Of a DNA stretch of 64,000 bases, positions 51,683 to 61,417 are shown piece by piece. A program made the position numbers and the translations under genes. The notes under the pieces are model-generated. The model worked only from the letters and a program-made list of their open reading frames with translations. It was not told the origin of the DNA and did not search any database. Every line of letters starts with the position of its first letter. Positions within the stretch are counted from its first letter, which is position 1. Origin of the DNA: an uncultured Spirochaetota bacterium (GTDB lineage Bacteria; Spirochaetota; Spirochaetia; SZUA-6; Fen-1364); the NCBI GenBank assembly GCA_963781885.1, contig CAWAHW010000006.1, positions 320,001-384,000 on the forward strand, read 5' to 3'.

Positions 51683-52718
51683 GGGCGGCGGGCCGGGATT
51701 CGACGGGGTGAGATTCCTCCACGATGCCCTGCCGGACATCGCGGAGGAAGAGCTGGACACTGCCGTTATGTTCTGCGGGACGCGCGTCGCGCTTCCCTTC
51801 TTCATCTCCTGCATGACGGGCGGCTCGGAGGGCGGCTTTCGGGCCAATCGGGAGCTCGCCGCTGCGGCGCAGACCCTTGGCATCCCGGTGGGGCTGGGCT
51901 CCTTTCGCGTCCTTCTGGAAAACCCCGCTCTCTTCAAGGATTTCGACGTCAAGCCGCTTGCACCCGACGTGCCGGTCCTTGCGAATCTCAGCGCGGTGCA
52001 GCTCCGCGACACGGACATGTCCGTCCTCCTGTCGGTGGTCGCGCGTCTCCGCGCGCATGCACTTGTCGTGCACCTGAATCCCGGGCAGGAGCTCTTCCAG
52101 CCGGAGGGGGACCGTGACTTCCGCGGCCTGCGGGAGGCAATTGAGCGTCTCTGCGGCCGCTGCCCGCTGCCGGTGATCGTGAAAGAGACGGGATTCGGCA
52201 TCCTCCCGCGCCGGGTGCGCGAGCTGCGCGAAGCGGGCGCGGCATACGTCGATATCGCGGGCGCCGGGGGAACGAACTGGATCTCCGTCGAATCCTATCG
52301 GCTCCCCGAAGACGAACGCCCTGAGGCCGAGGAGTTTCGCGACTGGGGCATGCCGACTGCCGCGCTGCTCGCGGCGTTGCGGGGCGGGCAGGAGCGGATT
52401 CTTTCGTCGGGCGGAATGCGCACGGGCATGGATGCCGCGAAGTCACTCGCGCTGGGCGCGGAGCTTGCGGGATTCGCCCTGCCCGTGATCCGCGCGGTTG
52501 CCCGCGGCGGAGCCGCGGCCGTGGTGGAGCTCTTCCGCCGCATGGAAAAGACGTTGCGGAAGGTGATGATCCTTACGGGCTCGCGGACGGTCGCCGACCT
52601 GCGCCGGGGCACCGTCTGGCTTGAGCCCGGCCTTCAGGCCATGGCGCAGGGCATCGCCGATGCGGATCGCGCGGCTATGCCGGGCTCCCCAGCATCACAA
52701 CACGCACGGGAGAAGTGA
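51576..52718 (+). CDS. fni: Type 2 isopentenyl-diphosphate delta-isomerase (FMN)
   Basis: RKEKHL, HDALP, CMTGG, HLNPGQELFQPEGDRDF, VKETGFG, GAGGTNW, SGGMRTG. The 5' end overlaps mvaS (start 51576 or 51585). Confidence 0.9.
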   Translation: MAIVSTNSGRARRSGTGERKEKHLTICTDPSRFQVEGGGPGFDGVRFLHDALPDIAEEELDTAVMFCGTRVALPFFISCMTGGSEGGFRANRELAAAAQTLGIPVGLGSFRVLLENPALFKDFDVKPLAPDVPVLANLSAVQLRDTDMSVLLSVVARLRAHALVVHLNPGQELFQPEGDRDFRGLREAIERLCGRCPLPVIVKETGFGILPRRVRELREAGAAYVDIAGAGGTNWISVESYRLPEDERPEAEEFRDWGMPTAALLAALRGGQERILSSGGMRTGMDAAKSLALGAELAGFALPVIRAVARGGAAAVVELFRRMEKTLRKVMILTGSRTVADLRRGTVWLEPGLQAMAQGIADADRAAMPGSPASQHAREK

Positions 52719-53625
52719 ATCCGATGGAGCCGCATTCATTCTGCACGCCTGCCGCAATGGCGCCGGCGGAGCCGGCGTCTGCCGCCACGAGATAGAATGC
52801 GCCACCCGCGCCCGCGCCGCTCAGCTTGCCTCCCGTCGCGCCCGCGGCGCGCCCCGCTTCCAGCGCCTGATCCAGCGCGGGCGTGCTGAGCCCGAGCCTG
52901 CGCAAGGCTGCTTGAGCCCTCGAGGCCATGCGTCCGATCGCACCGGCCGTTCCCACGGAGGTGCTCCGAAGCGCTTCGGCGGCTTCGCCCGCCAGGTCGC
53001 CGAGCGCTTCGATGCAGGCGACCGCCGCGGCGTCACCGGCCGCAACCCGTCCCGACACCGCAGCCACGAGCTCGCCGCAGGCAGCGTCGCGAGGCACCGC
53101 CCCCACCACGAGCCACAACGGCGCATGCGCGATGCGGGACCACAAGGGAAGGGCGGGCGGCCGGGGCTCGAAGGCGCAGGTGCCGCCCAGGAGGGAAAGA
53201 CCCGTGTCGACGCCGGACGGGGTGCCGTGAAATATGCGCTCCGCCGCGTGCGCGGTCTGCCAGGCAACTTCCACGGGCGCCTCGCCTCCTCCCGCGTGCG
53301 AGAGAAGTGCCCGGGCCAGCGCCCCGCACAGCGCGGCGGAGCTGCCGAAGCCCGCGCCTCGCGCCACACCCGATTCGATGCGCACGGAGCGGCGGCCGGC
53401 ATCGTCAAGACCGGGGATGAGCCCCTCAATATGCCGAAGGACGGCCTTGACCGACGTCTGGTCCGGCGTGGGAATGTCCTGTAGCAGCCATTCGGCCGCC
53501 GGGTCTCCCTCGATACGTGCAATGGTGGCTTCCGGCAACGAGACCCCCACGGCAGGGCAGCCGTGCACCGCGGCATGCTCGCCGAAGAGCAGGAGCTTTC
53601 CGAATGCCCGTCCTACGCCTGCCAC
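52675..53625 (-). CDS. mvk: Mevalonate kinase
   Basis: GKLLLFGEHAAVHG, GAGFGSSAA, AERIFHGTPSGVD, GGKLSGAGAGG. Confidence 0.9.
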   Translation of the reverse strand: MAGVGRAFGKLLLFGEHAAVHGCPAVGVSLPEATIARIEGDPAAEWLLQDIPTPDQTSVKAVLRHIEGLIPGLDDAGRRSVRIESGVARGAGFGSSAALCGALARALLSHAGGGEAPVEVAWQTAHAAERIFHGTPSGVDTGLSLLGGTCAFEPRPPALPLWSRIAHAPLWLVVGAVPRDAACGELVAAVSGRVAAGDAAAVACIEALGDLAGEAAEALRSTSVGTAGAIGRMASRAQAALRRLGLSTPALDQALEAGRAAGATGGKLSGAGAGGAFYLVAADAGSAGAIAAGVQNECGSIGFTSPVRVVMLGSPA

Positions 53626-54551
53626 GCAATGCCCCGATCCTGGCGCATCGGCGGGAACGGAGCTCCCGGAGGCCTGGCCGCATTGTCCATCAGCAGGCAG
53701 GCGCCCAGCTCGTTGCCTGCGCCCACGGCCTTGCACCAGTCGGCATCGAGTGCGCCCGGCGCCGGGAGCCGGGCCGGCACGCCGATTGCGTCTCCCAGCT
53801 CGACGCCGATTTTGCGGCACGTGGAAAAGGCCCGGGCCGAATCCAGCAGGGACGACGCATGGAGGAAGTCTTCCAGCGCGCCGTTCGACGCCGAGAGGAA
53901 CTCGCGCGCGTGACGGGAATTCAGCGTCTTCCACGCCTCGTAACGGCCGACGGCGTCAGGCGTGGAGACGGCGGCGGGGCCGGGAAACAGGCATACGGCA
54001 GGATCGCCGGGGATTCGATACGGCTTCCACGTCGGCTGCCCGCCGCCCGTGAAAAGGCCGGCGCCGCCGTGAAAAGAGCAGAGCACGTCGTATCCGCTGC
54101 CCCGGCCTCCCTGCGCCTGACGGTGCGCGCGGACCGCCAGGCCCGGCGCAGCGGCATCACGCAGGTCTGCGGCAATGCCGGCGGCCTGGAGCAGGGCGCA
54201 GGCAAGGCCCGCAGCGATTGCCGCGCTGGAACCCAGCCCCGTCTTGCGTCCGTCCGGAGTGAAAAACCCCGATGAATCGACGTCGATGCGACCCCGCGCG
54301 TGAGCGTGCCCTCCCGACGTGCCGAGCCAGGATTCCACCACGTCCACGACCGCCGCAAAGAGGGGGCTGTCGCCGCGGCGCGGCCAGGAAACGGTCTTTC
54401 CCTGCCATGCGCCGTTTATCTCCAATGAGGTGGCGGGACGGATATCCAGGTGGACCCGCCGGTCCACGGCCATCGCGAGCCCGAGCCCGCCCTCTTCGAG
54501 CACCGCGTATTCGCCGAGCAGCAGGATGGAACCGGGAACGGAGAGATGCAC
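53613..54551 (-). CDS. Phosphomevalonate kinase
   Basis: PGSILLLGEYAVLE, KTGLGSSAA, AHRQAQGGRGSGYD, KAVGAGNE; lies between mvaD and mvk. Confidence 0.85.
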   Translation of the reverse strand: MHLSVPGSILLLGEYAVLEEGGLGLAMAVDRRVHLDIRPATSLEINGAWQGKTVSWPRRGDSPLFAAVVDVVESWLGTSGGHAHARGRIDVDSSGFFTPDGRKTGLGSSAAIAAGLACALLQAAGIAADLRDAAAPGLAVRAHRQAQGGRGSGYDVLCSFHGGAGLFTGGGQPTWKPYRIPGDPAVCLFPGPAAVSTPDAVGRYEAWKTLNSRHAREFLSASNGALEDFLHASSLLDSARAFSTCRKIGVELGDAIGVPARLPAPGALDADWCKAVGAGNELGACLLMDNAARPPGAPFPPMRQDRGIAWQA

Positions 54552-54553
54552 GC

Positions 54554-55513
54554 CTATTCCTGGAGGGGCCCGTACTGAAGGCCCGGGCCGACAAAACATA
54601 CCAGGGTCTGGATGCCGAAGCCAAGCGACGTCATGCGCGCGGCCACGGCCTCGTGGTCCTTCTCAAGACACAGGATCTTCACCTGGGGTCCGGCGTCTAT
54701 CGTCTCCCACGCCGCGATTCCCTCGGCGCGAAGCGCTGCGCAGGCGTGGATGGCGGCAACGGTTGCCGGCAGCCAGTAGAGGAGGGGCGGGTCGGCGCCG
54801 AGGATGGCGCCGTGCATGAGGCTGTAGCTTCTGCGGGCGGTGACGCCCAGGAGCTCCAGGTCCCTGTTCTCCACCGCCCGCATTGCATCGGGAAGGAGCG
54901 CGGTCGATTCCTTGACCCAGGAAAAATAGTAGGGCGAGCCCGCGCGGGTCTCCTCCATGGCGCGCCGCGACGACACCGGCTTGGGCCCACGCGCGGCGAG
55001 CGCCACGACGATGCGCAGATCGGGCCAATGCTCGGGTCCGAAGACCTGGCGCGCGCGCCGCCCGCCGGCGGGCAGCAGGCTGAATCCGCCGAACACGGCG
55101 CGCGATGCCGACGCGGAGCCCGCGCGCGCGATGGAGGAGAGGTCGGAGAGGGAGGCGTCGCACCCGGCCGCGCGCGCGCAGGCGCCGGCAAGGGCGGCAA
55201 AGCCCGACGAGGAGCTTGCAAGGCCTGCCGAGGTGGGAAACGTATTCGTGCTGTGCGCCTCGAAGTGGGCCGTGACGCCCAGCGTCCGGCGCAGCGTGTC
55301 GAAGAAGCTTCCATAGCGCGCGGGGTCCTGCCGGGCGCCGTTCACGCTCATGCTGTCATGCTCCGCCTGCACGACGCGCGTCTCCGTGTGGACGCCGCCC
55401 AGGGTCACCGCGAGGCTCGGCGTTGCCGGCAGATTGTCGCCCTTGAGGGACTTGCCCCAGTACTTGATGAGAGCGAGGCTCGGCCCGGCGCGGCAGATGC
55501 ATTCATCGCTCAC
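54554..55513 (-). CDS. mvaD: Diphosphomevalonate decarboxylase
   Basis: SLALIKYWGK..NLPATPSL, FPTSAGLASSSSGFAAL, GSASASR, TIDAGPQVK. Confidence 0.92.
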   Translation of the reverse strand: MSDECICRAGPSLALIKYWGKSLKGDNLPATPSLAVTLGGVHTETRVVQAEHDSMSVNGARQDPARYGSFFDTLRRTLGVTAHFEAHSTNTFPTSAGLASSSSGFAALAGACARAAGCDASLSDLSSIARAGSASASRAVFGGFSLLPAGGRRARQVFGPEHWPDLRIVVALAARGPKPVSSRRAMEETRAGSPYYFSWVKESTALLPDAMRAVENRDLELLGVTARRSYSLMHGAILGADPPLLYWLPATVAAIHACAALRAEGIAAWETIDAGPQVKILCLEKDHEAVAARMTSLGFGIQTLVCFVGPGLQYGPLQE

Positions 55514-56834
55514 GGAAGGCGCTCCCGCAGCGCGGCAAGGGCGCGCCGCGCCGCGGCGACGTCGGTGCGCTCCGCCGCCGCCAGCGCATCCGCCACCATG
55601 CGCACCTCGGACCCGCGCGCACCCGCGCGCCAGGCAAGACGCGCGGCGTGGTAGCGCATATGCCCCTGCTGGATGCCTTCCGTCACCAGCGCGCGCAGCG
55701 CCGCGAGATTCTGCGCCAGGCCCAGCGCCGCGGCGATGCGCGCCAGCCGGGACGCATCCGGATGCCCGAGCATGACGAGGCTTGCGCGGCTTGCCGGGTG
55801 GAAGTCCACCGCACCGCCCGCGGTCGCAAAGGGGAGGGGCATCTCGAGGCTGCCCTGGAGGAAGCCCTCCTCCGCCGTGAAGCTGCTGAGACCGCGGTAG
55901 CGGCCCGACCGGGCCGCCCATGCGTGTGCGGCGGCCTCGATGGCGCGGGTGTCGTTCATCGTCGCCAGGGCAAGACCCGCGATGCCGTTCATGATGCCCT
56001 TGTTGTGCGTGACCGCGCGGGCAATGTCCTCCTGCGCGACTGCCGCGGCAAGAGCGATGCGGCGCGCCGCCTCGGCCGGATCCGCGCCGGGGGGAAGACC
56101 GGGCAGCGAGCCGGTGGAAGGGGATGGCGAATCGCGCCCCGGCGAGCCGGTCGCGCGCCTCGTTGCTGAGTATCGCCATCACCGCGCGTCCGCCGCTTAC
56201 CTCTTCCAGGAGCGGCCGCGCGAGCTCGGCGGCGGTGTTGAGCCTGTTGGCTCCCATCGCATCCCGCACGTCGATGACGATGTCCGCGCGCACGATGCCG
56301 GTCTCGGGCAGGCGCGACGCCTCGAAACGCCGGAAACCCCCGCCCCGGTCCGCAAGGCTTGCAAGGGCGCGGGAGAGGGAGGCTTCCACGCGCGCGCCGC
56401 AGTCGCTGCAGCCTCGCAAGGCCTTCCGCGGACACGGACTCCAGAAAGACCTGGGCGGTCATCAGGGGCGCCGACGCCCAGGTGACGAATCCGCCGTCGC
56501 GCCGGATGAGCCGCGCGGCGAACGTCGCTGCGGCGATGATGGAAGGCTCCTCCACCGCGAGCGGGATCGTCACGTCGGCGCCGTCGATGAGGAAGCCCGT
56601 GGCGAGCCCGAGCGGCACGGGCATGCAGCCGACGGCGGACTCCACCATCACGTCGGCAAGCTCGCGCTGGAGCGGAAGACCCGAGAGCGCGTCCCACCCG
56701 TCCTTTTCGATGGCGAAAGCTCCCTGCACATTGGTGCGCCGCTCTTCCAGCTCCCGCCGACGGAATCCATGCGGAAGAGAGCCGGGGAGGGGGGGCTCTT
56801 CCTTTGAGCCGGGCCGGGCCTTCCTTTCGTTCAT
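55510..56834 (-). pseudogene. mvaA: Class II HMG-CoA reductase with two +1 frameshifts (~56408 and ~56101; probably assembly errors)
   Basis: Frame 1: MVESAVG.MPVPLGLA..PLAVEEPSIIAA. Frame 2: RGGG...DVRDAMGANRLNT..ILSN. Frame 3: RAVTHNKGIMNG...NDTRAIEA...GLAQNLAALRALVTEGIQQGHMRYHA. Confidence 0.88.
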
Positions 56835-56841
56835 GTGGCAA

Positions 56842-57913
56842 TCATTGCCTGCGCGCTGTCGTGAAGTCCAGAAGCTCGAGAAGCGCTCGCCTGTCTTCCG
56901 CCGTTCCCGACGGCAGGCCTCGTATCATCGAGCGGCCGCGCGTCGAGAGCTCCGTCACGAGCGGCAGGAGGCCGATCCGCACCGGCTCGGCTTGCGCGCG
57001 GACGAAGTCCAGGTCCGCCGCCGTGCATGCAGGGTTGCCGAATATGCCGGCCAGCCTTTTCCGCTCCTCAGGGGACGCGGCGGCCATGAGCCGCGCGTGG
57101 AAAAGGGTCTTCTTGCCTTCGCGCACATCCGATCCCACGGGCTTTCCCAGCTCCCGCTCGCTGCCAAAAAGGCCAAGCTCGTCGTCATGGATCTGGAAGA
57201 GGATGCCGAGGCATTCGCCAAGCTTCTCCAGGGCGCCGCAGAGCTCCGCCGTCGCCCCACCGATGAGGGCCCCCGCGACAAGCGGGAGCGAGAAGCTGTA
57301 GCGCCCGGTCTTCCACGTGTACATGCGCAGTATTTCCTCGTCCGTTCCGCCCTGGTCCGCGCTGCCCCAGGAGACGTCCTGCATCTGCGCGATGCCGACG
57401 GCCGAAAGCTCGCGCGCGCAGAGCGCAAGCACCTCGCGGAGCACGCCGGGACCGGCGGCAATGCGCGTCAGGAGCTCGAAGGCAAGAAAGTAGGACACGT
57501 CGCCGGCGCAGATGCCCAGCGCCTCGCCGGTGCGCGGCGGATCGGCGGAGCGTTCCCGCGCCGCCGCGTCGGCGTACTGCTGGAAGATCGACGGCATCCC
57601 CCGTCGCAGCGCGTCACGGTCCATGATGTCGTCGTGGATGAGGAGCCCGGACTGGAAAAGCTCCATCGCGGCAGCGGCCGGCAGCACGGCGTCCGGCGCC
57701 TCCCGTTCGCCCGTGCCGCCGCGGGCGAGTCGCGTGGCCGACCTGCACGAGGCAGCCGCGGATCATCTTCCCCTGCAGGGAGAAGTCCAGGAGGCGCTGC
57801 CCGACGTCGGGGCCCAGCGCATTGACGCGCGCGAGCCATCCCCTTTTCTCCTCGAAGAATCGCACGAGGGTGGCGGCGATTCCTTCCCTGATCGGATCCA
57901 GAAAAGCCAGCAT
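56842..57913 (-). pseudogene. Polyprenyl (GGPP/FPP-type) synthetase with a +1 frameshift near 57730 (probably an assembly error)
   Basis: N-part GKMIRG joins ELFQSGLLIHDDIMDRDALRRG, WKTGRYS, FQIHDDELG..GKPVGSDVREGKKT. AAGGAG RBS precedes ATG 57913. Confidence 0.85.
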
Positions 57914-57996
57914 CGGGTGCTCCTTGCCTCGGTCTACTCTACCACGCCGGGGCGATCCATTCTCCGTGCCCCCGCCGGGGCGCCACGTCGTACCGC

Positions 57997-58143
57997 GTAC
58001 CGTGGCTGCGTGAATGCCACGGGCCTCCTTGCGGCCTCCATGGCCTCATCGGCCCTCGCCTTCCCTGGCTATGGAGTACCGTGGCTGCGGGAATGCCACG
58101 GAGTACCGTGGCTGCGGGAATGCCACGGAGTACCGTGGCTGCG
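57997..58143. repeat. 27-bp palindromic tandem repeat (about 2.6 copies at 58073-58143, plus a variant copy at 57997-58022)
   Basis: Unit GGAGTACCGTGGCTGCGGGAATGCCAC, built from the inverted arms CCGTGGC and GCCACGG. Confidence 0.9.
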
Positions 58144-58172
58144 TTGACACGCTTCCCCGTCGCCAGGATAAT
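58144..58172 (+). promoter_or_regulatory. Near-consensus sigma70 promoter of the phosphatase-kinase operon
   Basis: TTGACA-17 nt-GATAAT, abutting the tandem repeat. Confidence 0.75.
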
Positions 58173-58184
58173 CGGGGCGCCCCT

Positions 58185-59162
58185 ATGAGAGAGACCCATG
58201 CGCAGCGCTCAGTGAAGAACAGCACCTCCCGCGGCCCGATCTCCTTGAAGCAGCTGAAAGAGGCGGTGCAGAACGTCCTCTCCTTCGACAAGACGCTGCG
58301 GCCCGCCGATTCGGAGGGGCGCCCCGGCGGCCTCATCGAGTTCCCGAAGACGGAGAAGCGCGAGTTCATCATCATCGGCGACCTGCACGCCAACATCACC
58401 AACCTGCTGGCCATCCTGAATGACTCGGGGAACCTCGACAAGGTGCGCAAGGACAAGGCGGTGCTCCTGTTCCTCGGCGACGCGGTCCACAACGACAAGA
58501 GCGGCTTCACGTACGCCATGGACTCTTCGATAGAGATCATGGACATCATCCTCGGCCTCATCAACGAGTTTCCCCGCAACATCGTCTACCTCCTGGGCAA
58601 CCACGACTCATTCGCCCCCGAGCTGTCGAAGCTCGGCATCCAGCAGGGCCTGCTCTACCGGCAGGCGCTCGCCAACGCGCGGGGGAAGGCCTACGTGGCG
58701 GCCATGCAGGATTTCTTCGACGCGCTGCCGCTCTTCGTCATCCACAAGCATTTCCTCGCCGTCCATGCCGGCCCGGCCCGGGGCGGCATCACGCGCAACG
58801 AGCTCGTGAACGTGCGCCACTTCGAGAACTATCTCTGGCAGCTCACGTGGAACAGGCTGAACGAGACGCGGTCCACGCCGAGCATGAAGGAGTACGGCCC
58901 TGAGGACCTGGACGAAATGCGCCGCCTCCTTGGCAGCCCCCGCGATATCCCGATCTTCGTCGGGCACAACCCGATGTGGAAATGGGGCGACAGTGACTCC
59001 ATCTGGATCGACGCCCTGGGCTGCCACGATCACGTCATCCTCTACGCGACCCTGGACACGAAGTGCCCCTATGTCTCGGTGCAGGGCTCATCGGCCTACA
59101 CCGTGAAGTACGCCGCGCTCGAGCACAAGGAGCGGCATTTTGTGCTCGACGACTACCGCTAG
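58185..59162 (+). CDS. Calcineurin-like metallophosphoesterase (PPP-type Ser/Thr phosphatase-like)
   Basis: IIGDLHAN, FLGDAVH, LLGNHD, AVHAG, LTWN, FVGHNP. Confidence 0.85.
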   Translation: MRETHAQRSVKNSTSRGPISLKQLKEAVQNVLSFDKTLRPADSEGRPGGLIEFPKTEKREFIIIGDLHANITNLLAILNDSGNLDKVRKDKAVLLFLGDAVHNDKSGFTYAMDSSIEIMDIILGLINEFPRNIVYLLGNHDSFAPELSKLGIQQGLLYRQALANARGKAYVAAMQDFFDALPLFVIHKHFLAVHAGPARGGITRNELVNVRHFENYLWQLTWNRLNETRSTPSMKEYGPEDLDEMRRLLGSPRDIPIFVGHNPMWKWGDSDSIWIDALGCHDHVILYATLDTKCPYVSVQGSSAYTVKYAALEHKERHFVLDDYR

Positions 59163-59186
59163 AAGCGAACAGGACGGAGCGCTGAG

Positions 59187-60108
59187 ATGACCTCGACCAA
59201 CTATGCCGACGTGAAGGGTTTCCTCCACGATGACGACCTGATCCGGCTTCTCTGCGCGGACCGTTCGTACGGCGAGCTCTTCGACGCCTTCATGGGCGAC
59301 GATCTTCTTGCCATCGACCGCTCGATGAAGGTGCCCTTCTTCGCGGAGGTGCGCGACTATGTCGGGGCCGTCGAGCGCGCCGACAGCCGGGCGCACTGGA
59401 TCGTGAAACCCATTGCCGAAGAGGACATCCTCGCGCCCGCCATGGGCGCCATCTGCTTCTTCCTGGACTTCTTCACGCACACCATCTCGGCGCCGACGAT
59501 CATCACCCGCATCGATGGCGGGCTCTACAAGGCCACCCGCGTGATCACCCGCGCGGAGCAGCTCACCGGCGCCAACTACACCGACATCCCCCAGCTCAAG
59601 GAGCAGCTCGTGCTGGACCTCGTCAACCGCTGGATCTATTGCGACGAGGACCGCAACCCGAACAACTACATGATCCGCTACACGTCACGCAACGACCAGG
59701 TGATCATCGCCATCGACTTCTCCAATGTGGACCTGCTTTTTCCCGGCACGAAGATCACGGGCAACCCGAAGGCCTTCGGGTGGGAGAGGAGCGAAAAGAC
59801 GCGCTACCTCACGCCCCTGAAGGTCGAGCATTTCCAGGGCTACACGATGAGATTCTTCGACATGCGCTTCAGCGGTTTCCGGGCAGTGGGAAAGAAAATG
59901 CTGCTCGACCTGTGCAAGGCGTGCCTCCGTTTCCACCCTGACCGGGCAAAGCTCGCTAAAGACCGCGGCGGAGAACATCCTCCAGCGCATCGACTACGTC
60001 CATGACTACTTCGCGGGCAAGTTCCCGCGGGATGCCGCCGCGGACAAGGAAGACAAGTACAGCGCGATGGGTGACACCTTCACGCGCATCTACAAGGAGA
60101 AGCGCTAG
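59187..60108 (+). pseudogene. HipA/PI3-PI4K-like atypical kinase; +1 frameshift near 59958 (probably an assembly error)
   Basis: HWIVKP (beta3 Lys), catalytic loop DEDRNPNNYMI, metal-binding IAIDFS. After removing one A the frame continues LAKTAAENILQRIDYVHDYF...IYKEKR* to TAG 60106-60108. Confidence 0.7.
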
Positions 60109-60127
60109 CATCCCGCCGGCGCCACGC

Positions 60128-61351
60128 ATGTTCTCCCGACGCGTTCCCGCGCTCCAAGGCGTCAATCCACTCTCCCGGCTCATCGAGGAAAAGCGCCGTG
60201 CCGGGGAGCCCCTCCTCGACCTCACCGAGTCCAACCCGACACGCTGCGGCTTTGCCTACGACGATGAGGCGATCCTGCGCGGCATCGCCCGCCCCGCGTC
60301 CCTCGTGTACGATCCCCATCCGCAGGGGCTGCGGACCGCGCGCGAGGCCATTGCAGGCGCCTATCGCTCCCAGGGGACGGCCGTCGAGCCGGACTCGCTC
60401 TTTCTCACCTCGGGCACGAGCGAGGCCTACGGTCACCTCTTCAAGCTCCTTGCAGATCCCGGCGACGATATCCTCGTGCCGGTGCCGGGCTATCCGCTCC
60501 TGGAAGTGCTTACCCGTCTGGATGGGCTGCGCCTGGTGCAGTATCCCCTGCGCGACCAACGGGGACGCGGCTGGCGCATCGATCTGGAGAGGCTTGCCGA
60601 CAGCATCAGCACGCGCGCGCGGGCCATCGTCGTCGTGAGCCCGAACAACCCGGTCGGGTGCTTCCTGAAGAGTGACGAGCTTGCCGGCATCGCCGCGATC
60701 TGCCGGCGGCACGGCTGCGCGCTCATCGTCGATGAGGTGTTTTCCGGCTACGCGAAAGGCCCCGATGCCGCGCGGGTCGCCACGGCCGTCGGGCACGACG
60801 CCGCGCTGACATTCGTCCTGGACGGCTTCTCCAAGATGCTCGGCCTTCCCCAGATGAAGCTGTCGTGGATCCACGTCGCCGGGCCCGCCGAGCTTCGCCG
60901 GGAGGCCGCGGAACGGCTGGGCTTTGTCACGGACGCGTATCTCTCCGTCGGCGCTCCGGTGATGAACGCCGTGCCCGACCTGCTCGCCGGCCGCGAGGGG
61001 CTTCAGGCGCAGATCCGCGGTCGTCTTGCGGAGAACGAGGAGCTGCTTGCGCGAACGCTCGCGCCCGCGGCCGGTGTGGAGGTGCTCCCGCGCGAGGGGG
61101 GCTGGTACGCGGTTGTCCGTCTGCCCGAATCGTTGAGCGACGAGAGCCTGGCGCTCGATCTTCTATCCAAGGATGGCGTGCTCGTGCACCCCGGTTACTT
61201 CTACGACTTTCCCTCGGGGTCGCACCTGGTGCTCAGTCTGTTGCCGGCCGTGGAGCGTTTTCGCGAGGGGGCGACGAGGCTGCTGGCGTGCGTGACGAGG
61301 ATGCAGGCGGGTAACGATCAGCCGTGCGGTCGTCCCCGCCCGTCCATGTGA
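60128..61351 (+). CDS. Class I/II PLP-dependent aminotransferase
   Basis: LDLTESNPT, TSGTSEAY, SPNNPVG, VDEVF, GFSKMLGLPQMKLSW, VHPGYFYD. Confidence 0.88.
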   Translation: MFSRRVPALQGVNPLSRLIEEKRRAGEPLLDLTESNPTRCGFAYDDEAILRGIARPASLVYDPHPQGLRTAREAIAGAYRSQGTAVEPDSLFLTSGTSEAYGHLFKLLADPGDDILVPVPGYPLLEVLTRLDGLRLVQYPLRDQRGRGWRIDLERLADSISTRARAIVVVSPNNPVGCFLKSDELAGIAAICRRHGCALIVDEVFSGYAKGPDAARVATAVGHDAALTFVLDGFSKMLGLPQMKLSWIHVAGPAELRREAAERLGFVTDAYLSVGAPVMNAVPDLLAGREGLQAQIRGRLAENEELLARTLAPAAGVEVLPREGGWYAVVRLPESLSDESLALDLLSKDGVLVHPGYFYDFPSGSHLVLSLLPAVERFREGATRLLACVTRMQAGNDQPCGRPRPSM

Positions 61352-61417
61352 TCGGCGGGTACGCCGTATTCATGGATGGGCGGAGTACCGCTCATTTACG
61401 CAGGGCGCGAGTACGCG

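Noticed and set aside
50324-52718. HMG-CoA synthase-IDI fusion protein
   Set aside because: Possible if there is another +1 error, but fni has its own in-frame ATG/GTG and mvaS is complete. Kept only as an alternative explanation.
55510-56834. Programmed frameshifting or true inactivation of mvaA
   Set aside because: There are no slippery heptamers, the same +1 pattern occurs in unrelated genes, and the rest of the pathway is intact.
57997-58143. CRISPR array
   Set aside because: The units are head-to-tail with no unique spacers, and there are no cas genes in the window.
58014-58184. N-terminal EYRGCGNAT peptide repeats of the phosphatase in the ORF track
   Set aside because: This is just the translation of the DNA tandem repeat. 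It lies upstream of the TTGACA/GATAAT promoter, so the real start is 58185 or later.
59187-60108. Canonical HipBA toxin-antitoxin module
   Set aside because: No HTH antitoxin gene and no HipA N-terminal couple domain; the upstream partner is a phosphatase.
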